From Fibrobacteria bacterium (GTDB taxonomy: Bacteria; Fibrobacterota; Fibrobacteria; UBA11236), in NCBI GenBank assembly GCA_041746255.1, contig JBGTHM010000099.1, positions 1 to 64,000 of the forward strand: DNA of 64,000 nt, read 5' to 3'. The notes under the pieces are model-generated. The model saw nothing but the letters and a program-made list of their open reading frames with translations. It ran no database searches and was not told where the DNA came from. A program made the position numbers and the translations under genes. Shown piece after piece: positions 17,115 to 27,261 of this stretch; positions within the stretch are counted from its first letter, which is position 1; every line of letters begins with the position of its first letter.

Positions 17115-17795
17115 TCAAATGTAGTCGCGGTTGCGCAGGCCGCCGCGATTCAAGGTCAACCGGCGATAGGGTAGTGATTCGATGAGTCCGAAATCATGGG
17201 TGGCCATCAGCACCGCGGTACCGGAAATATTGATGTACTGGAAGATTTTGACGATTTCGCGCGAGGTGTCGGGATCGAGATTTCCGGTGGGTTCGTCAGC
17301 CAGGATGATATAGGGCTCGTTGGCCATGGCCCGGGCGATGGAAACCCGCTGCTGTTCACCGCCGGAGAGTTGATGGGGGAGGTTGCGGGCCTTATGCGAA
17401 ATCCCCGTCAGTCCCAGTACTTCGTATACCCGCGATTTGATTTTCTTATTGGGATAGCCGCCCACCCGTAATGCGAAGGCCACGTTTTCGAAAACGTTCC
17501 GATCGGAGAGCAGCTTGAAATCCTGGAAGACGATACCCAGCCGACGCCGTAATAGTTGGATGCGCGATTGCGGGGTTTCGTGGGAACGGTAAGTGAGGTC
17601 GCGGTTGAAGGAGATGAGCACTTCGCCTTTATCGGGACGCTCGTCCATATACATGAGTTTGAGAATGGTGGTTTTTCCCGCGCCGCTGGGTCCGGTGAGA
17701 AAGACGTATTCTCCGCGGTCGATGCGGAAATGCACGTCGTCGAGGGCCTTCCAGCTCCGTTCATAAATCTTGGTGACGTGATTGAAGGTAATCAT
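17115..17795 (-). CDS. ftsE: Cell division ATP-binding protein FtsE
   Basis: GPSGAGKTT, LRRRLGIVFQDFKLL, LSGGEQQRVSIARA, LADEPTGNLD, MATHD. Confidence 0.85.
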   Translation of the reverse strand: MITFNHVTKIYERSWKALDDVHFRIDRGEYVFLTGPSGAGKTTILKLMYMDERPDKGEVLISFNRDLTYRSHETPQSRIQLLRRRLGIVFQDFKLLSDRNVFENVAFALRVGGYPNKKIKSRVYEVLGLTGISHKARNLPHQLSGGEQQRVSIARAMANEPYIILADEPTGNLDPDTSREIVKIFQYINISGTAVLMATHDFGLIESLPYRRLTLNRGGLRNRDYI

Positions 17796-17838
17796 GATTC
17801 GGGATGCGATTCTTTCTTTTAAGTCCGGCTTTTCATTC

Positions 17839-18588
17839 TTATTGCCGCTGAGCCACGAAGTGGGCTCGTTCCGCCGACTCCTTTGCGGGCCTCAGGCCGA
17901 AATTGGCATGGCAGCCGAGCATTTTGAAGCCGGTTTTTTCGCAAAGTTCGGACAGCTCTTCCAAAGGATAGATCCTTTGCAGGTGATTTTCCACCTTCCG
18001 CCTGTAACGTCCGTCCGCGTCCTCCAGAAAGAAGGTGAAGTCGTTGTGCTGTAGGCGCAGTTCTTCGTCGAATTCGCTTTCACGTACCACGGAGCAGCCA
18101 GGCTGCTCATCAAAAAAAGTGGCGAAACGAAAATGCCGCTTCGAATTGGAAATCGTGGTGGCGTCAAAAATAAACAGGCCGCCGGGTTCAAGTTGGCCAT
18201 GTACCTGCTTGAGCAGGAGCGAGACTTCCTCCTCGTCCAAGAAATAGTTGATGGAATCGTAAATCATGAGGCATAAATCGAAGCCCCCTTTGAAAGGCAG
18301 GGCCATGCCGTCCGCAGCGACCAAATCGCGATTGGGGGTGCTTTCGTCCTTACGGGCGATTCGCAGCATGGCGGGGGAGAGGTCACTGACAAGCATACGG
18401 GCATTTCGGAAGGGCGGCAGTTGCCGGAAGGGGGCCGTACCCGCTGCAATTTCCAGAATGGATTTCGGTTCAAGCCCGTAATGGCGGCACAGCCGGGCGA
18501 TGTGGCGGCTCCACCTTTTGTAGTCGACATGGTTCATCAACCAGTCGTAGTGGGGCGCCATATCGGAGTAAAGTGGGGTTTCGCTCAT
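17839..18588 (-). CDS. Class I SAM-dependent methyltransferase
   Basis: YDWLMNHVDY, ILEIAAGT, DLSPAML, YDSINY, PGGLFIFD. ATG at 18588. Confidence 0.85.
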   Translation of the reverse strand: MSETPLYSDMAPHYDWLMNHVDYKRWSRHIARLCRHYGLEPKSILEIAAGTAPFRQLPPFRNARMLVSDLSPAMLRIARKDESTPNRDLVAADGMALPFKGGFDLCLMIYDSINYFLDEEEVSLLLKQVHGQLEPGGLFIFDATTISNSKRHFRFATFFDEQPGCSVVRESEFDEELRLQHNDFTFFLEDADGRYRRKVENHLQRIYPLEELSELCEKTGFKMLGCHANFGLRPAKESAERAHFVAQRQ

Positions 18589-18650
18589 GGTCGGTCCGGG
18601 CCTCGGCGTGTCGCCGCGCTTTAGTGAGGCTAAGGCCCGCGATCGGTTGC

Positions 18651-20033
18651 CTAGTTCTTTCCTGAGTCGTCTTTGGGCAGGGATTCGCCCTCGGTTTTTG
18701 TCCGCCCCGAGGCGAGTTCGAAGTTCGCAAGCTTGTTTTCGATATGCACCGTTTCGCGCCAACTTTCCACGAACGAGGAAAGCCTCTGGTTCGCGAAATA
18801 GCTTTTGGCGATTTGGCTGATTTGGATCCAGTCTTCCTTAGGACTCAATTTCCGTTCCTCTACTCTTTCATCCAAACGGAAGAGATGGAAGCTGTCGTCG
18901 ATAAGCACGGGGTCGCTGATACCGCCCAAGGCTAAAGTATCGATTACCGATGCGTAGGCCGGATCCAATTGGCTTTCGGTAAACCAGCCCAGGCTTCCCG
19001 ACTTGGCCCGGGTTTTGTTGTCGTCGGAAAGTGTTTTGGCCAACTCGGCGAAGCTCGCCTGTTTTTCCGCAACGGTTTTCAGGGAGTCTAGATAGGCGCG
19101 TGCACGTACCGTATCTTCTGCCCCGGGTTTAAGCCGGATGAGAATATGCGATGTCCGCACGGAGTTGTCTCTTTTACCCGTAGCCTTGATTACATGAAAT
19201 CCGAAGCGGGTACGAACCGGCCTCGGTGTATGCTGGCCCAGGGCCAAACTGAAAGCGGTTCTTTCAAAATCGGGATCGAGCGTACCTTTACGGGTATAAT
19301 CGAGGTCGCCTCCGTCTTTGGCGGAAAAATCCTCGGAGTGTTCCTTGGCCAGTTCGGCGAATTCGGAACCTTTATCGAGCAATTTGATTAGAGAGTCCGC
19401 CTTTGCATAGGCCTTGGCCTCAAGTTCTTTTCCGGCGCGGATTTTATGCTGCAAATGCGAAATACGTACGTTGTTACGCTGCACGGGAAGGCTGTCTTTG
19501 TACTCCTGGTAGAATTGTTGGACTTGGGCTTGGGAAGGATCGGCGTCCAGAACATATTTCATTTGGACTTTCTGCTTATATGCCTGCTCCCGATACTGTT
19601 TCACCAGGCGTTCTTTGAATTCGGACAAGGTCATTCCGCCGGTTTGCTTGAGTAGCAGGGAGAGTTTTTCTTCCCCACCTTGTTGTTGGGCGAGCTTTCC
19701 GATATGCTCTTCGACGCGTGGCAGCACCTCTTTATCGGTGACCACGATGGTGGTGTCTTTTTTCGCTCGCAGGAGCAGGACTTTATCATCGATAAGCCGG
19801 TCGAGCAGTTCCCGTCGCTGTTCCGCGGGAGGCAGGCTTTGAAATCCCGGTTGGTTTTCAAAAAAAGCTCTTTGTTCCTCCAGGTCCGAAAGCAAAATGA
19901 TTTCATCGCCGACAACCGCGACAATTCCTTCGATGGGTTCGGCCCGCAAGGAAGCTGAGCCGAGGAGAACGGCCACGAAGGCTGGAAGTAAAGTCGGCAG
20001 ACGTAGGAAACGTTTTTTCATGAAAAGACTCAT
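18651..20033 (-). CDS. surA: SurA-like periplasmic peptidyl-prolyl isomerase
   Basis: IEGIVAVVGDEIILLSD N-domain; two parvulin domains (FAELAKEHSED..GGDL, FAELAKTLSDD..GSLGWF). Confidence 0.85.
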   Translation of the reverse strand: MSLFMKKRFLRLPTLLPAFVAVLLGSASLRAEPIEGIVAVVGDEIILLSDLEEQRAFFENQPGFQSLPPAEQRRELLDRLIDDKVLLLRAKKDTTIVVTDKEVLPRVEEHIGKLAQQQGGEEKLSLLLKQTGGMTLSEFKERLVKQYREQAYKQKVQMKYVLDADPSQAQVQQFYQEYKDSLPVQRNNVRISHLQHKIRAGKELEAKAYAKADSLIKLLDKGSEFAELAKEHSEDFSAKDGGDLDYTRKGTLDPDFERTAFSLALGQHTPRPVRTRFGFHVIKATGKRDNSVRTSHILIRLKPGAEDTVRARAYLDSLKTVAEKQASFAELAKTLSDDNKTRAKSGSLGWFTESQLDPAYASVIDTLALGGISDPVLIDDSFHLFRLDERVEERKLSPKEDWIQISQIAKSYFANQRLSSFVESWRETVHIENKLANFELASGRTKTEGESLPKDDSGKN

Positions 20034-21115
20034 TCGGTTGTCTCAGGGTTGTGCGGTGGAGGGCTTTCCTGCGCCGCGGGTGCTGGATACGTATTGACAT
20101 CGGGTTCACTTAGTCGGGCCGGAGCGGGTTCGACCGGGGTAGGGCGTACCGGCGTCGTTGCCTTGGCCGGCGCGGATTGCGCAGGTTGGGAGGATGGAAC
20201 CGGCCTAGGAACGGATTGGGTAACCTGTTCGGATTCGAGAAGGGCGGATTCTTCTTGAGGAGGCTCCGCATCCGCAAGAGCTCCGGGAATGCTTTCAACA
20301 TTCAGGGTGATGGAGGCATTTTGCTTGAGGTCCGCGATCTTGTTTTGCAGCAACTTCTCCCTGCGGTTCATTACCAGGGTGGCGCTGATGTCGTCCCTAG
20401 CCTCGTCGAAGGGAATGATATCGCCAGGATCGGCCTTTTCTACCACGCGTAGCAGGTAAACTCCATCCGGACAATTTACCGGCGCTGAGCTCTGATTCGC
20501 ACGGAGAGGCTGAAGGGCATCAATCAGGCAGGAGGAAATTTCGGAAGGCGCTTTAAACGCAACGAATTCCAGCGATTCGGGAACGGGATCGAGGGAGTGC
20601 TCTGCGGCCATGGCCAGAAAATTTTCCGGATTCACTTGCCAACGCAGTCGACGCGCCTCTGCAAGGTCCTTGAAGCGGATATGCGCGAATTTGATGGCGG
20701 GCCGTTGTCTCCGGTACTGGTCTTTGTTCATCTCATAATATTGGCTAAGGGTAACGTCATCGGGTTCGTAGCCTTCCGAAGCCGACAAAGCGGAGAAATA
20801 TTCTTCGATGAGGATTTTGCGCTTCATGCGCTCGATTTTCTTCTGCACCGAACTGTCTTTGTCGAGTTTGTTCTTCAAAGCCTCCTGATAGACGACTTCA
20901 TCCTCTATCCAGCGTTTGACGAAATCGAGGTATTGTTCTTTTTTGAGAAGGTGTTCGAATTCAGCCGGGAAGCTATGGCGAATTTCTTCCAGGGTGAGTT
21001 CGGTATCACCGACTTCGGCCAGGGTGGTTCCCTTGCTTTGGCTTCGGGAGCAGGACTGCAGGAGTCCGAGCGAAAGTAGGCCCGTCGCGACCAGGATAGG
21101 CAAGATTTTTGGCAT
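20030..21115 (-). CDS. PpiC-type peptidyl-prolyl isomerase-like lipoprotein with a Pro-rich tail
   Basis: Lipobox LQSC, LAEVGDTELTLEE, degenerate parvulin domain (FAHI..AAEHSLDP), IPFDEARDDI. ATG at 21115. Confidence 0.75.
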   Translation of the reverse strand: MPKILPILVATGLLSLGLLQSCSRSQSKGTTLAEVGDTELTLEEIRHSFPAEFEHLLKKEQYLDFVKRWIEDEVVYQEALKNKLDKDSSVQKKIERMKRKILIEEYFSALSASEGYEPDDVTLSQYYEMNKDQYRRQRPAIKFAHIRFKDLAEARRLRWQVNPENFLAMAAEHSLDPVPESLEFVAFKAPSEISSCLIDALQPLRANQSSAPVNCPDGVYLLRVVEKADPGDIIPFDEARDDISATLVMNRREKLLQNKIADLKQNASITLNVESIPGALADAEPPQEESALLESEQVTQSVPRPVPSSQPAQSAPAKATTPVRPTPVEPAPARLSEPDVNTYPAPAAQESPPPHNPETTE

Positions 21116-21186
21116 TATTCCTTTCCTTCTTACGCAGCGACCCGGGGGCGGCGTCAGGTGCAACAATATATAACATTCACGAAAGC

Positions 21187-24100
21187 TTATACCAGGTCCC
21201 GCAAGACTTGATTGGCCTGGGTGATGCGCTCCGCCGGATTGTGCCCCGAAAGCTCCACGACTATCTGCAGGGGCTTTTGGTAGACAAAGCGCATGGGACG
21301 CTTGAATTTTGGAACCAATTCGCCCAATGCTTCTTTTTCCGGTTCGAACATCTCCGAAAATTGTAATTGTAAGAGGTTTTTTTGTACCGCGATGCGGCGG
21401 AAACCGATTTTCTGTCCCACAATTTTGGCGGACATGGTATGTAAAAGGATGCGAGCGGCAAGGGGCAACTGTCCAAAGCGGTCCGTGAGTTCCCGCTCCA
21501 TATCGTCCACCTGTGAAAGTTCCGTGCAACGGGCGATTTTCTGGTATAACCCCACCCTTTGGAAGCCATCTTCCACGTATTCCTCCGGTATAAAGGCGTT
21601 TTCCGGGAATTCGATTTCAGGGTCGAGAGGGGGAAGCACTTTCGCGCCCTGCATCTCCTTTACAGCATCGCGCAGCATGCGGGTATACATCTCGAAGCCT
21701 ACGGCGGCGATATGGCCACTTTGTTCCAGGCCCAGAATATTGCCTGCGCCGCGGATTTCGAGGTCGCGCATGGCGATTTGAAAGCCGCTGCCCAGATCGG
21801 TGAATTTTTCCAGGGAATAAAGCCGTTTTTTGGCCTCGTCCGTGAATTTGTTGGCATCAGGGGCGATAAGGAGGCAATAAGCCTTGGTGGCGGAGCGGCC
21901 CACGCGGCCCCGAAGCTGGTAGAGCTGGGAAAGGCCGAACAGGTCGGCCCGGTTGATGATAATGGTATTGGCGGTGGAGATGTCCAATCCCGATTCCACG
22001 ATGGCGGTGGATACCAGAACATCATATTCACGGTTGATGAAAGCGGACATCACCTGTTCCAGGTCGACTTCATTCATCTGACCATGGGCCATGCCCACGC
22101 GCGCATGCGGTACCAATTCCTCGACGCGCGCCGTGATCTCCGGGAGGTCGGCCACGCGATTATGCACATAGAAAACCTGCCCCCCCCGGGCCAATTCCAA
22201 TTCTATTGCGTCGCGGACTTGGACGGGATCGGGGAAGATCACCCGGGTATCGATGGGCAGGCGGTTACGCGGAGGCGTGGCGATGATGGACAGGTCGCGC
22301 GCGCCGACAAGAGACATATTGAGGGTACGGGGGATGGGCGTGGCCGACATGGATAGTACGTCGACTTGAGTGCGCAGCTCCTTGAGGCGTTCCTTTTGCT
22401 TCACTCCGAATTTCTGTTCTTCGTCGATGACGATGAGGCCCAGGTCGTGGAATCGGATGTCCTTGCTGATTAACCTGTGGGTGCCGATGATGATATCGAC
22501 CTTACCCTCCGACATTTCCTGTACGGTTACCTTCTGGTCCTTGGCGGCTTTGAAGCGGTTGAGATAGTCGATGCGCACCGGCCAGCTGCCAAAGCGCTCG
22601 CTGAATCGCTCATAATGCTGGGCAGCCAAAATGGTGGTGGGAGCCAGCATGCAAACTTGCTTTTTATCCATAACGGCCTTAAAGGCGGCACGCATGGCCA
22701 CTTCGGTCTTACCGAAGCCCACGTCTCCACAGATGAGCCTATCCATGGGTTTGGGCAATTCCATATCCGCCTTGGTGTCGCGCACGGCCGAGGCTTGGTC
22801 CGGTGTGAGATCGTATTCGAAGCTTTTCTCAAACTCATCGACCAGGGGACCATCGGGCGAAAAGGCGAAGCCCGGTGCGACGGATCGCCGGGCATAAAGT
22901 TCGATGAGCTCCTCGGCCAGTTTGATGACGGCCTTACGGGTTTTTTCCTTGAGCTGATCCCAGGACTTGCCACCCAGCCTGGACAAGCCGGGTTCGTGAC
23001 CTTCTTTGGACGAGTACTTTTCCAGTTTCCGCAAATCGGTTACCGGCAGTGCCAGTTTGTCGCTGCCCTGGTAATCGAGGAGGATGCAATCCACCTGGTG
23101 ATCGCCGGCCTGGATGCGCTTGACGCCTACGAATTGCCCGACACCGTAGTCCTGATGCACGACATAGTCGCCGCGGTTCAGCGACTCGAAACTTTGGATG
23201 GTGACGCCGCCGCCTTTGTGCTTGCGGGCTTTTACGTTGCGGCTGAACCGATTGAATATCTGGTGGTCGGTGAGGATGGCGATGCCGTCGTCGCGGGAGA
23301 CGAACCCACAACGCAAATGCCCGACCAGAATACCGGCCACAGGCAGGTCATCGGTGAGCTTCTGAAGCCTTTCCGCCTGACCCGCGCTGGGAGACAGCAG
23401 ATAAGTGGTAATGCCTTGGCTGTGCAACGTGGAGAGCACTTCTTCCACCTGTTGTAGGCTGCCGCCGCCGCGGGATTGTTCGGTGATATCCAATGTGATG
23501 CTGCTTTCGCCCTTCCAACTGATGCGACTGAGGTAGGTACGTGCGACCTGGGCGAGACGTTTTTCGATTTCGGATTGCGAAAAGTAAAGGGAGTCGGGAG
23601 GGCATACCCAGCGTTCTTTTCCCCGGGCGTCCTCGAAACCTTCGAGAGCCTGCGACCACAGCGTATCGACAGCTTGCGGAAGCGCCTCGGTTTCTTCCAA
23701 CATGAGCCGGGGGTCTTTGCCCAGGAAATCGATTAGGGAATAGTTGAGGTCCTTGAAAAACGCCTTTTGCCAATGGATGCCGGTCAAATCGCCTTTGGCC
23801 AACAGCTTGTGGTTTTCCGAATCGAAGGCTTTGTCGTCGGCGAAGTCGTCACTATGCCGGAGCAGACCTTCTTCCAAATCTTTACGGCTATAGCAGCATT
23901 CATCCAGAGGAAATAAATCCACGCTCTCGATTTCGCGGAGGGATCGCTGGGTGAAGATGTCGAATTCCTTGATGGATTCGATTTCGTCGCCGAACATCAC
24001 CATGCGGATGGGATTTTCCAGAAGATACGGATAGATGTCGATGATTTCGCCGCGTACGGAAAACTCGCCGATATCCTGCACCGCGTTTTCTTCGGTAAAG

Positions 24101-24579
24101 CCCATGTGGATTACGGCGTCGCGAAAATCCGCCAGATTTAATTCCTGTCCCTTTTTAAGGTTGAGGATTTCGAGATGCAGGGATTGCGGGCTGCTCAGTT
24201 TTTGTAAAAAGGTGGAGACGGTGGCGATGACCACGCTTTTTTTGCCCTTGTACAGGGATTCGAAGCAGCCCAGGCGTTGTTCCAGAATATGGCCGAAGGG
24301 GCGGCGCCATTCGTAGGGCTTTAGGTCGAGTCCCGGAAATAACAGCACTTCGTCCTGCTGTAGCCAGGTTTCCAGGTCTTCGGCAAGGGACTCGGCAGAT
24401 TTGACATCGGCTGCCAGGTAGAGGAGATTTCCCGGGGCTCGCGCGAATTGCCTGGCCACCAGGAGGGATGTGGCGGATCCGGACAAACCCGAAACATGGA
24501 AGGGATTTTCGCGGCGCGCTTCAATGGGATCGAATGAGGGGAAGACCCCTGTCTCTAATAAATCGGGAAGAGACTGCAT
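21187..24579 (-). CDS. mfd: Transcription-repair coupling factor
   Basis: GEFSVRGEIIDIY, GDYVVH..YGVG, CGDVGFGKTEVAMRAAF, DEEQKFGV, SATPIPRTL, QLRGRVGRS, TRCF C-terminus. Confidence 0.98.
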   Translation of the reverse strand: MQSLPDLLETGVFPSFDPIEARRENPFHVSGLSGSATSLLVARQFARAPGNLLYLAADVKSAESLAEDLETWLQQDEVLLFPGLDLKPYEWRRPFGHILEQRLGCFESLYKGKKSVVIATVSTFLQKLSSPQSLHLEILNLKKGQELNLADFRDAVIHMGFTEENAVQDIGEFSVRGEIIDIYPYLLENPIRMVMFGDEIESIKEFDIFTQRSLREIESVDLFPLDECCYSRKDLEEGLLRHSDDFADDKAFDSENHKLLAKGDLTGIHWQKAFFKDLNYSLIDFLGKDPRLMLEETEALPQAVDTLWSQALEGFEDARGKERWVCPPDSLYFSQSEIEKRLAQVARTYLSRISWKGESSITLDITEQSRGGGSLQQVEEVLSTLHSQGITTYLLSPSAGQAERLQKLTDDLPVAGILVGHLRCGFVSRDDGIAILTDHQIFNRFSRNVKARKHKGGGVTIQSFESLNRGDYVVHQDYGVGQFVGVKRIQAGDHQVDCILLDYQGSDKLALPVTDLRKLEKYSSKEGHEPGLSRLGGKSWDQLKEKTRKAVIKLAEELIELYARRSVAPGFAFSPDGPLVDEFEKSFEYDLTPDQASAVRDTKADMELPKPMDRLICGDVGFGKTEVAMRAAFKAVMDKKQVCMLAPTTILAAQHYERFSERFGSWPVRIDYLNRFKAAKDQKVTVQEMSEGKVDIIIGTHRLISKDIRFHDLGLIVIDEEQKFGVKQKERLKELRTQVDVLSMSATPIPRTLNMSLVGARDLSIIATPPRNRLPIDTRVIFPDPVQVRDAIELELARGGQVFYVHNRVADLPEITARVEELVPHARVGMAHGQMNEVDLEQVMSAFINREYDVLVSTAIVESGLDISTANTIIINRADLFGLSQLYQLRGRVGRSATKAYCLLIAPDANKFTDEAKKRLYSLEKFTDLGSGFQIAMRDLEIRGAGNILGLEQSGHIAAVGFEMYTRMLRDAVKEMQGAKVLPPLDPEIEFPENAFIPEEYVEDGFQRVGLYQKIARCTELSQVDDMERELTDRFGQLPLAARILLHTMSAKIVGQKIGFRRIAVQKNLLQLQFSEMFEPEKEALGELVPKFKRPMRFVYQKPLQIVVELSGHNPAERITQANQVLRDLV

Positions 24580-24700
24580 GGAATGAGTTGCTTTCAGGAA
24601 TCGGCCTTAGGGAGAGGGATATTTTGAAACAGGCCGGAAAAATACAAATTGGGCGGTGACAGGCATCATGAATGAAATCCCTTGTCGGGGGTGGGAAATT

Positions 24701-24731
24701 AAAAAGGCCAGACCCTTAGGTCTGGCCTTTT
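24701..24731 (-). terminator. Intrinsic terminator downstream of tRNA-Lys
   Basis: AAAAAGGCCAGACC-CTTA-GGTCTGGCCTTTT inverted repeat. Confidence 0.8.
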
Positions 24732-24732
24732 A

Positions 24733-24805
24733 TGGGCCAGGAAGGATTCGAACCTTCGACCCACGGCTTAAAAGGCCGCTGCTCTACCGACTGAGCTACT
24801 AGCCC
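24733..24805 (-). tRNA. tRNA-Lys (TTT), CCA not encoded
   Basis: Reverse complement GGGCTAGTAGCTCAGTCGGTAGAGCA-GCGGC-CTTTTAA-GCCGT-GGGTCGAAGGTTCGAATCCTTCCTGGCCCA folds as a cloverleaf. Confidence 0.96.
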
Positions 24806-25019
24806 GATACCGTTAATGGTTTTAACCTCCAACGGCTCAAGGAATGAGTGGGGAAAGATAATACGGGGGGAAGTATTGGGCAAGGTTTGCAGCGTTTATG
24901 GCAGGACTAATAATCCCTTTGGCTGTAGAGGGTGCCTGATTGGCTTTTAAAAACCGTTTAAGTACCTTGTAGCCGTGAAACCCCTTCCTTTTAGGCGTAT
25001 TTCCATGGGGCCAAGTCGC

Positions 25020-26054
25020 ATGGCAAATAGCAGGGTTATACGTCGGGGTAACCATTTGTGGGCGGCTCCGCACTATTTTTTCGTTCTCGTAGCCTTGGTC
25101 GGGAACGCTTTCGCCCAAGATATCGGTTCCCGCACCGGTACCGCCGAATTCCAATACATCGAGTCGATTGTGCACGCCCGGGCTGCGAGTTTGGCCGGCG
25201 CCTATACCAGTGTGGCGGAAGGTCCAGAAGCCGTAGGGTACAATGCCGCCGGAGTCGGCCGCACCGCTTACTCGCAAGTAGCGGCCTCCATACGTTACCA
25301 TTGGCTGGGTATTACCTCGGGGAATGTCACCTACGCTTTTCCCGGCTCCGGCTCTCTGAAATACGCTTTGTCGGGGGCGTATATCAATTACGGAAGTATC
25401 GAGGAGATGACCGAAGACGGGCGGGCTACGGGGAATTCCATCATGCCGTCGTCCTTCAATCCCTCCTTTACCGTTGCCGGGGCGGTTTCAGAGCGGGTGC
25501 ATGTGGGAGGAACCATCAAGGTCTTGCAGGAATATCTGGGTGACTTCGAGGAGTCGCAGACCGGATTGGGTTGGGGGGTGGATTTGGGCTTGCAATTCCA
25601 ACCCAATCGTAGGAATATCGGGTTGGGCGTGAGCCTCTTGAATGTGGGTACCAAAATTCGCTCCCAGATTACGGGGGGAGAAAAGGGTGGGGCGCTTCCG
25701 GCTTCGCTAAAAGCCGGTATGTTCTACTTTTTAGGGAACAGGGCGCATACCCGGCTTACGGTGGATGTTGAAACTCCCTGGCACGATTATCCTTTGGTAA
25801 GCGCGGCATTACAGCATCAGTTCAATCCTTATTTGATTGGGAGAGTGGGAGCCCGGGCCAACTACCCGGAGATCCGACACCTGCTTTTGTTGGCGGCCGA
25901 CCAGAAGCCGGGGGAGTTCAGGGGCGGGAACGCCCTTAAGCTAGCGGGGGGATTTGGTGTGCCGTTTGAGGTGGCGGAGTTGGATTATGCGTTTCAGTTA
26001 TGGCAGGGAGCGAGTTGGGTGCATGTCTTGGCGGTGCGGGTTCCGCTGCGGTGA
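25020..26054 (+). CDS. PorV/PorQ-family outer-membrane beta-barrel protein
   Basis: ARAASLAGAYTSVAEGPEAVGYNAAG signature, INYGSIE, GVDLGL..GVSLLNVG..LP, LDYAF. Start uncertain (24975, 25005 or 25020). Confidence 0.75.
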   Translation: MANSRVIRRGNHLWAAPHYFFVLVALVGNAFAQDIGSRTGTAEFQYIESIVHARAASLAGAYTSVAEGPEAVGYNAAGVGRTAYSQVAASIRYHWLGITSGNVTYAFPGSGSLKYALSGAYINYGSIEEMTEDGRATGNSIMPSSFNPSFTVAGAVSERVHVGGTIKVLQEYLGDFEESQTGLGWGVDLGLQFQPNRRNIGLGVSLLNVGTKIRSQITGGEKGGALPASLKAGMFYFLGNRAHTRLTVDVETPWHDYPLVSAALQHQFNPYLIGRVGARANYPEIRHLLLLAADQKPGEFRGGNALKLAGGFGVPFEVAELDYAFQLWQGASWVHVLAVRVPLR

Positions 26055-26066
26055 GTTGGAGAAAAA

Positions 26067-27257
26067 GTGAGCGAAAAGAATTCCATCAGCATAATCGATA
26101 TCCTTCTGATCCTATTGAATCGGAAATGGCTTATTTTCTGGGGCTTGCTGTTCGTTTCGGTTACGGCGGTGATAACGGTTTTATTGCTTCCGAAAACCTA
26201 TACCGCTACCGCGATTATCCTTCCGTCCAGCCAAAACAATTCTTCTTCGCCTATTGGGTCGCTCATGGGGGACCTCCCAATGGGCGGGTTGCTGAAATCA
26301 TTCGACCTCTTCAATAAGAATGATAACGCAAAGTTTCTCACAATTCTGGAAAGCCGCCGACTCGCCGAAAAAATGATAGAACGGTTTAATTTAGTGAGTC
26401 GTTATGAATTCGATAAACGGAGAAAATATTATTTCGAGCATGTATTAAAAGAGTATTACAAGAATTTCAAGATTTCCGAGGATGGGTTGGAAAACATCAA
26501 GATTGTGGTAATGGACGATGAGCCGGACATGGCGGCGGAAATGGCGAACTATGTGGTGAAACTGCTTGACTCCATCAGCTACGATCTGGCCAAGTCGAGC
26601 GCGAGCGGTTCCAGAATGTTTTTCGAAGAACGCATCCGGATGATGAACAAAACCTTGGATTCGGTGCATTCTGAATTTGCGCAATTCCAGATCAAGTACA
26701 ATTTCATTGATATGGATCAACAGGTCAAATCGACCATCGAAGCCCTGGCTGTGGTGGAAGGGGAATTGATGGCGACGGAAATCGAGCATGAAGTACTGGC
26801 CAGCCAATTCGGTTCCAGCAATCAACGATTGGATGAGATCAAGAAGAAAAAGCAGGTATTGAAGGCACGCATAGAGAATTATATGAACGAAGGAAGTGGT
26901 TCACTTATCCTTCCGCTTAAAAAGACCCCGGAATTAGGGATTAAATACTCGCTTCTTTATCGAGACCTGAAAATCCAACAGACGCTTTATGCATTCCTGC
27001 TTCAGATGTATGAGCAGGCGAAGTTCCGGGAAGCGAATGATTCGCCCGTGGTGACGGTTTTGGAGTGGGCTCAGGCGCCGGATAGGCAGTCCAAGCCGAA
27101 GCGTATGGTGCTCTGTATCCTGGCCTTTTTCATCGGGCTTACGGGATTATCGACATATGTGCTGGGGGAGCATTGGCTCAAGAGACACCGGGCATCGGAA
27201 ACCGAGACTTATAAGAAGCTCGCCCAACTGGCCGGGCATTTCAAATTTTGGAAATGA
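26067..27257 (+). CDS. Polysaccharide co-polymerase / chain-length determinant (Wzz/GumC-type, no kinase domain)
   Basis: N- and C-terminal TM helices, PKTYTATAIILP, coiled-coil periplasmic region, P..SKPKR before TM2. Confidence 0.85.
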   Translation: MSEKNSISIIDILLILLNRKWLIFWGLLFVSVTAVITVLLLPKTYTATAIILPSSQNNSSSPIGSLMGDLPMGGLLKSFDLFNKNDNAKFLTILESRRLAEKMIERFNLVSRYEFDKRRKYYFEHVLKEYYKNFKISEDGLENIKIVVMDDEPDMAAEMANYVVKLLDSISYDLAKSSASGSRMFFEERIRMMNKTLDSVHSEFAQFQIKYNFIDMDQQVKSTIEALAVVEGELMATEIEHEVLASQFGSSNQRLDEIKKKKQVLKARIENYMNEGSGSLILPLKKTPELGIKYSLLYRDLKIQQTLYAFLLQMYEQAKFREANDSPVVTVLEWAQAPDRQSKPKRMVLCILAFFIGLTGLSTYVLGEHWLKRHRASETETYKKLAQLAGHFKFWK

Positions 27258-27261
27258 AGAA

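Noticed and set aside
21116..21529. Extension of the PPIase ORF into mfd
   Set aside because: The ATG at 21115 gives a clean lipoprotein signal; the upstream frame is merely open.
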